Source of the DNA: Hemiscyllium ocellatum
Lineage: Eukaryota
Direction: 5' to 3'
DNA length: 64,000 bases
Assembly (NCBI RefSeq): GCF_020745735.1
Contig: NC_083409.1
Location: forward strand, 6,809,534 to 6,873,533
Below the pieces are notes generated by a model. The model was given only the letters and a program-made list of their open reading frames with translations. It searched no databases and was not told the origin of the DNA. Numbering within the stretch: position 1 is the first letter of the stretch; every line of letters starts with the position of its first letter. This document shows, piece after piece, positions 52,555-64,000 of this stretch. Made by a program: the position numbers and the translations under genes.

Positions 52555-55500
52555 CGTAGGAGATGCAAGATGGCGGCAGTCTGAACAGTCTGGTGTGTTG
52601 GGCTCTGTGCCATACCCCAGGCAAGGTGGGCCCCTACCCCTCCCCCCATTGTTTGACACACCTGACAAAAGTTTGTAGTAGAAAGTCAGTAGAGAACATA
52701 GAGCCCTTTTAAATGAGGATTGGGAAGATCTGAAGCCGAAATGAAGACATCTAAAGGAAAGGGAGCTAGAGGAGTGTAGCAGGCAGGACACTCCCCTACT
52801 ATGTCGGGTGCATCCGCAGCTGTTACCTCAAACCCTGTGGCAGGGCCCTTAAGTTCAGTGGAGCAACAGAATTTACTAACGAAGTCTTGGAGGCCACAAT
52901 GGAGAGCTCCAAGGGGCGGGCCTTGAAGGAACACGTAGACGACCTCGAAAATCAAGGTCAGAGAAAAACCAACAGATCTCGGGCTTACTGGAGCATGTAG
53001 AAAGTGAAAACCTTGCTGATTTCCACAAGAGGTGGCTTCTGGAGTTGCTGGGCCTGGAGATCGAGTCGGGCCGGGTGAGTGTGGAGTGGGCTGACCGCAT
53101 CGTGATGTGTAGGTCTGGGCCGGTCCAGCGCAACTCTAGCATCACAAAGAAAAGCATTTAATAATAGAAACAGCCAGAAGACCGGGAAGGGATCCACAGG
53201 CTTTGGCTTATAAAGGTTTGAAAATAATGTTTTTTCATGACTTTTCTGGGGCCATAATTAAGAAAAGAAAGATCATTGATGATGTCACGAAAAAAAAACC
53301 ATTGAATACTCTGAGGACCCGGCAGTGCTACGTTTCAGGTATGGGGGAGATGTCCATAACTTCGACTCGGCGGAAAAAGTAAAAGAACTCTTGAACTCGC
53401 TGAACTGATCGACTTTAACCGAGAAGGAAGAGGGAAAAGAGGCGTGTTGACAATGGCATAATGTAGTTTTTAAAAATCTTCTCTCTTTGATCTGTTCCCT
53501 TTTGAGGTCTCGCACTTTGTAGGCTTGGTATTGCTTTAGTGGGAGATCCGGTATGATTTATATTCTATGTGTTTGGTGGTTATTAATTATTCTATTGTTC
53601 TGATTTGCTAGGTGAGGGGTGGTCAATCCTTTGATGTAAAGATGTGTGGGGTTGAGATGAGGAGGGGGACGGATGGGTGTCCATTGTCAACTTGTCGGAG
53701 TGGAAATAATATGTTATTTTTGCCTTTGCTTGGGTTTGGGGGCGCGGCCTGAACTAGAAGGTTCTGGGAGGTTGTGTGGTTGGGAGTGAATGATCCCATG
53801 CCAAGGGGTGGATCTCTGGAAATTTTTGTTTGTTTGTGTTTATTTGTTGACATTAGGAGTAGTGGTTAGATTTTTATACAATAGACATTAGACAACAGGT
53901 GCAGGAGTAGGCCATTCTGCCCTTCGAGCCTGCACCACCATTCAATATGATCATGGCTGATCATCGTTAATCAGTATCCTGTTCCTGCCTTATCTCCATA
54001 ACCCTTGATTCCACTATCTTTGAGAGCTTTATCCAGACACTGGGCCTCCTCTGCCCTCCGGGACAGAGCATTCCACATAGACGCCACTCTCTGGGTGAAG
54101 AAGTTTCTCCTCATCTCTGTCCTAAATGGTCTACCCCATTAGAATAGATTAGATTAGATTACTTACAGTGTGGAAACAGGCCCTTCGGCCCAACAAGTCC
54201 ACACCGACCCGACAAAGCGCAACCCAACTATACCCCTACATAAACCCCAACCTAACACTACGGGCAATTTAGCATGGCCAATTCACCTGACCCGCACATC
54301 TTTGGACTGTGGGAGGAAACCGGAGCACCCGGAGGAAACCCACGCAGACACGGGAAGAACGTGCAAACTTCACAAAGTCAGTCGCCTGAGTCGGGAATTG
54401 AACCCGGGTCTCAGGCGCTGTGAGGCAACAGTGCTAACCACTGTGCCACCGTGCCGCCCACCTGATGAATTGATTGAATCGGTCAGATTATTTAAGTTGT
54501 GTCCTTTGGTTCGGCACTCACCCATCAGTGGAAGCGTGTTTCCTGCCTCCAGAGTGTCCAATCCTTTAATAATCTTATATGTGTCAATCAGATCCCCTCT
54601 CAGTCTTATAAACTCAAGGGTATACAAGCCCATTCGCTCCAGTTTTTCAGCGTAAGGTAGTCCCGCCATTCCAGGAATTGACCTCGTGAATCTACGCTGC
54701 ACTCCCTCAATAGCCAGAATGTCTTTCCTCAAGTTTCGAGACCAGAACTGCACAAAATACTCCAGGTGTGATCTCACCAGGCCCTTGTACAGCTGCAGAA
54801 GAACTTCTTTGCTTCTATACTCAGTCCCTCTTGTTATGAAGGCCAGCATGCTATTAGCCTTCTTCACTATCTGCTGTACCTGCATGCTTACCTTCATTGA
54901 TTGGTGTACAAGAACACTCAGGTCTCTTTGTACTGCCCCTTTACCTAAATTGACTCCATTTAGGTAGTAATCTACCTTCCTGTTCTTGCCATACACACAT
55001 TTATCCACATTAAACTGCATCTGCCATGCATCTGACCACTCACCTAACCTGTTCAGTTCACCCTGTTATCTCCTGACATCCTCCTCATATTTCACCCTGC
55101 CACCCGGCTTAGTATCATCAGCAAATTTGCTAATGTTATTACTGATACCATCTTCTATATCATTAATATATATTGTAAAAACCTGAGGTCCCAGCACTGA
55201 TCCCTGCGGTACCCCACTGATCACTATCTGCCATTCCAAAATGGAGCCGTTTATCACTACGCTTTGTCTCCTGTTATCCAACCAACTTTCGAACTTTTGC
55301 CCCTAATACCATGCGCCCTAATTTTGCTCACTAAACTCCTATGTGGGACTTTATCAAAAGCTTTCTGAAAGTCCAGGTACACTACATCTACTGGATCTCC
55401 CTCCTCCATCTTCAGAGTTACATCTTCAAAAAATTCTAGAAAATTCCAGAAAAATTCCAGACGGTGGCACAGTGGTTAGCACTGCTGCCTCACAGCGCCA

Positions 55501-58500
55501 GGGACCTGGGTTCAATTCCCGCCTCAGGCGACTGACTGTGTGGAGTTTGCACATTCTCCCCGTGTCTGCGTGGGTTTCCTTCGGGTGCTCCGGTTTCCTC
55601 CCACAGTCCAAAGATGTGCGGGTCAGGTGAATTGGCCATGCTAAATTGCCTGTAGTGTTAGGTAAGGGGTATATGTAGGGGTATGGGTGGGTGGCGGGTC
55701 GGTGTGGACTTGTTGCGCCGGAGGGCCTGTTTCCACACTGTAAGTAATCTAATCTAATTAGTCAAGCATGATTTCCCTTTCATAACTCCATGCTGACTCT
55801 GACCTATCCTGTTACTACTATCCAGATGTGTCCTAATTTCATCTTGTATAATCGACTCCAGCAGCTTTACCACCACTGAGGTCAGACTAACTGGTCTATG
55901 ATTTCCTGCTTTCTCTCTCCCACCTTTCTTAAAAAGTGGTGCAACATTAGCCACCTTCCAAACCGCAGGAACTGATCCTGAATCTATCGAAGTCTGGAAA
56001 ATAATCACCAACGCTTCCACGATTTCTCGAGCCGCTCCCTTCAGTACCCTGGGATGTAGACCATCAGGCCCCGGGGACTTATCAAATTTCAGACCTAACA
56101 GTCTCTCCACCACCAATTCCTGGCAAATATAAATTCCCTTAAGTTCAAGTCCTTCAGCCAGGGAGATTGTTTATGTCTTCCCCAGTGAACACAGCTGTGA
56201 AGTGCCAATTCAATTCTTCTTCCATTTCTTTGTTCCCTGTAATATATTCCCCTATTTCTGTCTTCAGGGGCCCAATTTTAGTCTTAAGTTGTTTTGGTGG
56301 TGTTTGTAGAAACAGGCTTTAGATTTGATAAAGTCTGTGTTTCTTTCCCACTCGTTGCATATTGAATGGGCTTCTTCCTCTCGGGGAGACAGAGCTGTAG
56401 TGTGGGGTCATGGCTTGCAGCTGGAATATAAATGGGAGTCATTCCCCCATTAACAGGAAAAGGGTGCTCGCAAATTTTAAGAACGAAAGGGTTGACATCG
56501 CTCTACAGCAAGAGATACTTTTGACTGACAGGGAACATCTGAAGTTACAACAGGGGGGATACGATCGGGTATTCTTCTCATCCTTCAACTCCAAAAGCAG
56601 AGGAGTGGCCATATTGGTACGAAGGAACCTTCCATTTCAGGTGATAGATCAAACCAAGGATGAGCATGGATGATTCATTATTCTCAAGGCTGTGGTACAA
56701 GGAGAAGAGTATGACATCCTGAACATTTATTGTCTCGCGGCACATCCTCTCAAATTTTTTATTGATGCTGTCTTTAAGTTAATGTCTCTTGGGGTGCACT
56801 GTATGATTATAGGAGGAGACTTTAATTGTCTCATGGACCCTGGGGTGGACAGGATGCAAAGGGAGCTGTCGGGTACACCTCTGCAGTCTCGACAGTTAGT
56901 GGACTTGTGTGAGGAGATGCAGCCAGTAGGTGTGTGGAGGTGTCTTCACCTGAATGGGAGGGACGTTTACCTTTCACTCCAACCTGCCCAAGTGCCACAC
57001 AAGAAATGAAATGTTCTTTGTTCCATCGGTTCGTTTGGACTTGGTGTTAGCCTGCAGGACTGGGGACATAACTATTTCGGACCATCTGGCAGTATATTTA
57101 GGTGTTAAGACCAAAGGTAGTGGAGTAGATGCAGAGCAGTGTCGCGCGAATCTGTTTCTGTTGAAGGATGACAACTCTGTCCAGTTTATCACAAGGGAGT
57201 TCAGGGTATTTTGGGACATCAATCAGGCTTTGGCCAGTAACTCATCAGTGCTCTGGGAGACCACCAAAGCATTCTTAAGGGATGTGATTATTTCACAATT
57301 GACAATGAGAAGGAGACAGAGAGGAGAGCAGCAGCTGATACTTGAGGCCTGGCTGAAGGCAACCAAATCGGCACATTATCCCAGACCACCCGGGGTCAAA
57401 TTACAACTGGTCATGGCTCTCCGGGCTGCTCTGGACTCAGCGCTCACACAAGTGGCAAAGAGAGGGGTCTCCTTTGCAAAGCAAAGACTGTTTGAATATG
57501 GGGATAAGCCAGGTAGATCCCTGGCTTACCTGGCTAGGAAGGAACGTGCTCCACAGTCCATTGTGTTTTTCTGGAAGAGAAGTGGCAATGTCACTCGTGA
57601 ACTGAAGAGGATCGATGCCAGATTCCGGGCATTCTATGCAGAGTTATACCAGTCAGAGGGCTGTGGGGATGGAGATGTGAGAATGGAATTCTTTTTTAAA
57701 AAAACTTGGATCTCCCTGGTATAAATGCAGATCAGGCCTCACTTTTAAATGCACCTCTGACAGTACAGGAGGAGCAAGAGGCGTTAAGTCAGCTCCAAAG
57801 TGGTACGGCACCTGGCCCAGATGGATTCCCATGTGGATTTTACAAGGAGCTCATTCACATGTCAGCTGAACCACTGCTGGGGCTGTATAGTCATTCCTAT
57901 GGCCAGGCCTGTCTTCCACCTTCTCTAACAGAGGCTAATATCTCCCTTACCTGACAGAAAGAGAAAGACCCTCAGGATTGTGCATTGTATAGACCCATAT
58001 CGTTGTTGAATGTGGATTTTAAAATTCTATCAAAGGTGTTAGCTCTGAGACTGGAGAAGGTGCTGCCTGTTATTATAAAAGAGGAGCAGATGGGTTTTAT
58101 TAAGGGCCGCAGCTCCTCCAACAACATCAGGCGGTTATTGAACACAGCACAACTATGTCAGCAGAGAATGATTCCGGGTTTGGTGGTCTCCCTGGAGGAA
58201 GAAAAGGCTTTTAACTGGGTGGAAAAAAAGCGATCGTATCTCTTTGCTGTTCTAGATCATTTTGGTGTGTGTGTGGGGGGGGTGGGGGTGGGTGGGGGGG
58301 GGGGATGGCCTTCGCCAGGTGGGTGACAGTGTTATATAAAGTCCCCAAGGCGGCGGTTATCACGAATGGGGTTAAATTATGTAGTTTTGGTGTGGGGAGG
58401 GGTAGCCGACAGGGATGTCCCCTGTTGCCTCTACTGTTTACCTTGGTACTTGAACCACTGTGAGGGACTGTCTGAAAAGACTCTGAAATAACTGCACCGA

Positions 58501-60188
58501 AGATGGGAGTTGGGGAAACAAAATTCACTCTCTATATGGACAATGTCCTCCTGTTTTTAGCTAACCCCGAAAAGTCCATACCCCAGCTAATACAAAACAT
58601 CACATTATTCGATAGCTTTTTGCGATACAGAATAAATTTTCCCAAATCGGAGGTCCTGCCTGTGTGGGGATTGGTGGAGGTACTGAAACTGGAGGACTGA
58701 ATGGAGTTTCCTTTTAGATGGTCACCGAAAGCTTTTCTCTATCTGGGAATTTTTTATTACCACTTACTTCCCACAACTGTGTGGAGCTAACCTTGTGCCG
58801 CTGTTTGAGAGGGTAAAACAGGACTTGCAGCGATGGGAGGGAATACCCAGATCATGGCTCAGCCGTATAGCCTTTATTAAAGTGAATGTTCTTCCTTGGT
58901 TGTTATATCCTGTGAGGATGCTCCCTCTGTTATTACACAACCAGGTGCTGCGGAGGTTTGTGGGATGGGTTGGGTCACTTATTTGGTGCTATCGGAACAA
59001 CTTAATTAAATTTACCAAGTTGCAACTTCCACAGGATATGGAGGGTGAGCGGTGGACCTCCCAGATGTGAACAGATATCAAATCAGCGCCCTGTTGCTAT
59101 ATGTAGGTGAATGGGTGCGTAATGAATCAACGTCGATGTGGCTTGATGTAGAGGACTCGCAGGCGAGGTGCCCCTTCAGAAGCTTACTGTTCATGGATAA
59201 GATGAGGTCGCGTTATGAAAGTCTGATTATCAGAAACACGGTAAAGCATGGAGGATAATGCGGCAGGGTGGGGGCAATTTGCCGTTCAACCCGTTAGTGG
59301 GACTCCCAGGATTCAGACTGGGATCAAAGGATTCTGGCTTCAGAGCATGGGAGCGTAAAGGCATCCCCTGTCTGGGACATTTATTTGAGGGAGAGGTCGT
59401 GATGTCTTTTCACCAATTAAGTCAGAAATACGGAATCACTGATTGGGATCATTTCTGATATTTCCAGGTTAGGGATTCCACATTGCTTTTGGTCCTGTTA
59501 CAAGATCCGGGATCCTGGGGGGCCATAGTGGATTCCTGGGAATGGAAGTTTGGGAGGATCTGGTGTCCCTCCTTTTGGGATGACCGAAACCTTCCTCTTT
59601 GGGTGAGCACAGGAAGAGGTTATTCAACATTCTGACACATTGTATGATGAAGGTCATCCTAATGAATTGAATATCAGCAAAGCTTCCAGGTCTTGCAGGG
59701 TGGCACAGACTTGTGATGGAGCACGTCCCACAAGATTACCTGACAGTATGGGGCACCACGGAACAGAGAAATGTATAAGGCATGGCGGCCCTTTCTAACT
59801 TACATCAATATGGATCTGTCAGCAGTACTGATTAGGGCCTTTATATAGGCACGAGGACTGTATGTGGTGGTCCGGGGACCCCGGGGAGTTGGTGGGGGGA
59901 TGGGGGAGTTTCTAGTAAATACGGGTATAATCACTGTTGCTCCTGTGGACGGGAGCCTTGATGGAGGGTGCGGCGAGTGGAGTCATGTAATATAGTATAA
60001 TGTCGTGCAATTTAATTTTAGTGGATTGTAATTAAATTTAATGTTATTTTATTTAATTTGAGTTTGTGCTGATTTCGTTTAAGTTAAGCAAATATGAGAC
60101 AACTGTATCTTGAACAACAGCCGGCGGTTTATTGATAAAATTACTGTTTTATAATATAATATGTTTGCAATAAATATTTACTTAAAAA
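52555..60188 (+). mobile_element. Near full-length decayed L1-clade LINE, interrupted by nested insertions
   Basis: ORF1 LKEHVDDLENQGQRK..GL.E.VE.ENL (about 52920-53120). ORF2 from about 56410: SWNINGSHSPINRKRV, IIGGDFNCLMDP, GTAPGPDGFP, YRPISLLNVDFKILSKVLA, RGSRQGCPLLPLLFTL, TLYMDNVLL. AATAAA and an A-tail at about 60169-60188. Confidence 0.88.
53870..56290 (-). mobile_element. CR1 fragment nested in L1, itself carrying two V-SINEs (54143-54460 minus; 55462-55760 plus)
   Basis: [33 protein letters not shown] and LVRSHLEYFVQFW on the minus strand. The SINE copies are well preserved and in opposite orientations. Confidence 0.88.
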
Positions 60189-60927
60189 AGAGGGACATTA
60201 GGGAAAATTAACAAACAGAAGCACCAGATCAGGAGTGGTGAGAAAGGAGGGAGAAAGAGAGATTCCTGTCGTATGGAGAGAAAGAGAGAGAGAGAGAGAG
60301 AGACAGAGAGAGAGAGTTCTGAAGGAGAGACAGAGAGACAGAGACTGAGACAGAGAGAGAGAGTTCTGAAGTTCTGAATCAGTGCAAGTGATCTCAAAAG
60401 TTGCTCAAAGTTTGCAAAGTTTTCCTGAAAATGAACGTCACAAATACAGTCCATTTAAATGAATAAAAATCAATTGTCCTTTCTGAAATAATTTAAAATC
60501 AATAAATAAAATGAAGACTTATCGTAATGAAGTAAGTGCAAGTATTTAAAATCCTCAATACTTCTACCTTCCACTTCAGTCATGCAGATATAGTGCTCCT
60601 CACTCAGAGGGAGTATTCAGTGTCTGATATCAGCCATTGTTCAGAGTCTCAGAGCTAACATACACCAAACACATATCATCGCACCACTAGATATATTTTT
60701 TTAAAAAGGTAAATGTAGGTGTAAATACAAAAACAAAATTGAATGTGCAAATTTCTTTGAATTCAAATCTATGCTACAGTTTGGATAAATAAATGGGGTC
60801 GGGTTGTCTATAAATAGGTCGGGAAAAAGATTAGCACTTCTATTATCCACATCGTGCCAGTCAGCTGACTCCAGTAAGGATCGATATCCCAAATCAACTA
60901 CTTATTCAGGAAATTCTATGCCAGATG

Positions 60928-61206
60928 TCAAAACTCAATCAGAGAGAGGAGTTTAGAGGCCGAGGTGGATTCTCTTCCGCTCGGGGCATGAGGTTTGTTT
61001 TTCTTCTGGAGTCCACAAGTTGGCCGATGGCATGGTCCGTCTGAAGATAACATGAGTTTTAACTGTTGTCCCTGAATCTGATTCGGTACATTTATTGTGT
61101 CTTTTATCAGAACTTCAAAAATATCATCTGCCAACTGCATCTTCACATTAAGCTCATCCTCATCATAATTCACCCATTGGGCTTCCTCCTCATAAAGCTC
61201 TTGAAC
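60928..61206 (-). CDS. cep350: CEP350-like terminal coding exon
   Basis: ttctggcag|GTT CAA GAG... gives VQELYEEEAQWVNYDEDELNVKMQLADDIFEVLIKDTINVPNQIQ..., matching the recalled vertebrate CEP350 C-terminus (VQELHEEEAQWVNYDEDELCVKMQLADGIFETLIKDT). Stop TGA at 60930-60928. Confidence 0.85.
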   Translation of the reverse strand, partial: VQELYEEEAQWVNYDEDELNVKMQLADDIFEVLIKDTINVPNQIQGQQLKLMLSSDGPCHRPTCGLQKKNKPHAPSGRESTSASKLLSLIEF

Positions 61207-63395
61207 CTGCCAGAAAACAAACAGAGGGGGTGTTATTGCTTTTATTTCAAGATTTATTTGTTACAGCTCTTTCCTCTCGTACTGAGCAGCGTTTGCCCTG
61301 AATACACTTCAACTTCAGGCCTCCCACTTTCTGTGTGTCCGGTATCACACAAGTGGCCATTCCCACACAGCAGTGGAGCTCGGACAGGACTTCTGGAGAG
61401 CTCGCTTTGAGATCAATGGAGAGTCACTAGTTATTCTTGTACAAAACAATACCAAGGCTGAGAAGGTTAAGGACTGGCTACATAAATTATGTCTGACCTC
61501 AATAATTCCAGCATTTTTTACTTTTATTTGATAAATGAGACCTGCATTCTCTTGAGTACAGATGACTAGGGGATGGACCTATAGAAGTGACTGAGATGAT
61601 TAAGCGATTTGACAGTGAAGGAAGTGAGAAACTAGTTCCTTTGGTGAGGCATGCCAGAAATAGTGCACGCAGGAAAATAAGAATTAGGTTGATTAGGGGT
61701 GTGATGTGAAGAAGCCTTTTGTCACACAAACAATAGTAAAATAATCTGGTTCCTTCCAGCCTTAAAAACTATTGTGACTGTTACAGCATTTCAATACGAG
61801 CGTTGACAGATATTTGTAAGGTCAAGTAACAGTTCAGAACAATTTGGAAATCAATATACAGAGTTAAGATACAAATCAGCTATGATTAGGAGTACGAGAA
61901 CAGACTGAATGGTGCTGCTGAATTAATCCTATTCCTACCTGGTTTTGAATTTGATTCCAATGCCACAACTCCTCAAACCAGTGAGATCAATCACCAATAT
62001 TGACAGTAACATAATAAACGAGTGGAGATGTTTTACTCAGTATGCATAACCAGAAAGGAATGCACACCACAAGGAAAGAGCTGGTGAGTGTAACTGAATT
62101 ACATGCTTTAACTTTAGGCTGGCCCTCTGCCCTGGTGTGGATGTGGCCTGACGGTATCACTACTTGAGCAGGGGCAGAACAGAGACTTCTAACCCTTGCC
62201 TGAAGTACACACACTATCAGCTGTAAGTGTTTGATCCAAAGAGGGGAAAAAAAAGCAATGATTTGTATTTTTTGGCATACCAAGCACCCAATTTTTTAAA
62301 ACTTCAGTGTTGGGATGCATGTTGCCCACCATCTCACCCCCCCCCCCAACCCCCACCCCCCCCACCATTTCTCTTTAGAAAGATATTTGTCTTGAAGTGC
62401 TGCAGCTTGCGTGTGAAAGGTACTCCCACAGCACTGCAAGCTCAGGGATTCCAGGAGATTAAACATGTAAATATAAAAGGAAAGGTGGTGGTGGTGTGGC
62501 CTGAAGATAACGGTGTTCTTACAGACCTATTAAAGTCATCAATCTGCTGACACATGTTGTGCTGTGACACACCAATCCATGGGAAGGACTGGAAAGGTGT
62601 GCAAAAACTGTCTTCTAATTTTTCTATACTTTTGATTTTGGACTCAAATGGGAATAAAGCAATGTTAAAACCCAAGAATTGTTCAGGGATTGCTGGCACT
62701 TTTCAGTAGCAAGTTCTCTGACATGCACTAAATGCTCCTCACTTTCAGACAAGCTCCAGCCAAGGGCTGTGTTCAACGGGAGCTTCAGTCAATAGTAAGT
62801 ATCTAACTAGTCACTAGGCCACAGAAAAAATATCCTTCGAACAAAAACGGAGATTGTCTCCCAGGTAACTAATCAGCTGGGACTGTATACAAGTGAATTG
62901 AGAAATCACCAGATCCGCACAAGTTAAGGATCGGTCTCTGCAGTAAAAAGCCTGAAGAAAACCAGCTTCTTTTCCCTTCAGCACTTGCTGTAAGCCGTGG
63001 CTATTAATTGACAAATTACAAACTTGTACACGTGTGAACTAGTCACCCTGTGCCTCCTGAAAACCAATGGAAGCATCTGGAGAAGGAAGATCAAGGAACA
63101 GCCTTCTGATCAGCACAAGGATTATCTCAGGAAAAGCCATCAATAGGTACCATGGAAGTACGTTCCCAGTCTTTCTCTTTGTGCAAAACACCCAGTGCAC
63201 TTTGTCCCTGTCTTTCTGTCTGTATATGTGCAATGAGGAATGCATGTGGGACGGGGTTGTTAGTTTTAGTTAGTAGTTATATGCCAGTGGTTGATAATTA
63301 TTTGCATTTTTTGTAACAAACTGTAACTCTTGTTAAGCAAAGAACCCTGACCTGTACTTTCTGTAAAACTGGGTCTAAAAGACAGGTAAGTGAGG

Positions 63396-63575
63396 AACCA
63401 AAAGAGAAAATGCTGGACAATCTCAGTAGGTCTGGCAGCATATGTAAGGAGAGAAAAGAGCTGACGTTTCGAGTCTAATTGACTCATTTCTCTCCTTACA
63501 GATGCTGCCAGACCTGCTGAGATTTTCCAGCATTTTCTCTTTTGGTTTCAGATTCCTGCATCCGCAGTAATTTGC
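63396..63575. mobile_element. Fold-back pair of Penelope-type tails in the cep350 intron
   Basis: AACCAAAAGAGAAAATGCTGG...GAGAGAAA is inverted as TTTCTCTCC...CCAGCATTTTCTCTTTTGGTT. The centre holds a hammerhead half on minus: GAGUC(AAUUA)GACUC-GAAAC-GUC. Confidence 0.72.
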
Positions 63576-63862
63576 TTTTATGAGGTAAGTGAAGTTTTCA
63601 ATGTACTTCTGAATTTCTTTGAAACTTTTGGGGCAACTAATGAATTTCAGCAAATTACTCCAGTGAGTGCCAAGTTTTCAATTCAGTCAGAAAGTTGGAG
63701 CATTATCTGGACAAATGCAGGATAGCCAGATAGGTCAGCCAAAGACAGATGAAGACTTTGTTATTTGAAATAATAGAAAATTCAGATGTACGATGAGGTG
63801 TTCATAATTGTGATACAATGGTACAATATAAAACTGAACAGTTCCTAAACTGAAGCACTTAC

Positions 63863-63985
63863 CAAAATATGGTCCACCCGATCACGTTGTTTGTTGCCAA
63901 ATTTCTTCAACTTCTGCCAAGCCGTCTTCTGATGTTGCTCTTCATTCAAACCAAATAACTTAAAAACTTTATTAGAAATGAAGAT
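63863..63985 (-). CDS. cep350: CEP350-like penultimate exon
   Basis: ctcacag|ATC...TTG|gtaagt, 123 nt, phase 0/0, encoding IFISNKVFKLFGLNEEQHQKTAWQKLKKFGNKQRDRVDHIL. Joins in frame to VQELYEEE. Confidence 0.85.
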
Positions 63986-64000
63986 CTGTGAGTAGAAGCA

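Noticed and set aside
55462-55520. tRNA-like sequence GGTGGCACAGTGGTTAGCAC...GGTTCAATTCCC
   Set aside because: It is the tRNA-derived head of a V-SINE, followed by the V-domain and tail, and not a tRNA gene.
63039-63273. ORFs in the cep350 intron as an extra exon
   Set aside because: The flanking exons already join in frame to give the conserved DHIL|VQEL sequence, and the ORFs resemble nothing I recognise.
50373-63863. Chimeric cep350-C-kappa splice (same strand, intact C2 acceptor)
   Set aside because: The cep350 donor is phase 0 and the C acceptor is phase 1, C2 is frameshifted, and there is no transcript evidence.

Overview
Eukaryotic genomic DNA from a cartilaginous fish (shark), very rich in retroelements (CR1 LINEs, HE1/V-SINEs, Penelope-like elements, one old L1). 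It contains the edge of an immunoglobulin kappa (type III, nurse shark NS4-like) light-chain multicluster region. An apparently intact leader plus V lies on the minus strand (runs off the left edge). A head-to-head pseudo-V lies at 21139-21632, with a dead splice donor and loss of its 3' end and RSS. Two convergent C-kappa pseudogenes lie at 30209 (+) and 50373 (-). No J segment and no convincing RSS was found. The V upstream regions and the C regions each form a large inverted duplication. At the right end are the last two exons of a CEP350-like gene (minus strand). Other notable points: several Penelope-type 3' tails carry minimal hammerhead ribozyme motifs and occur as fold-back palindromes. 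One of these has a 14-bp TSD and a 27-nt reiterated junction. A 44-bp minisatellite with a TGTTTAC core is split by a CR1 insertion. All calls come from reading the sequence by eye. No database search or folding program was run, and repeat boundaries are approximate.
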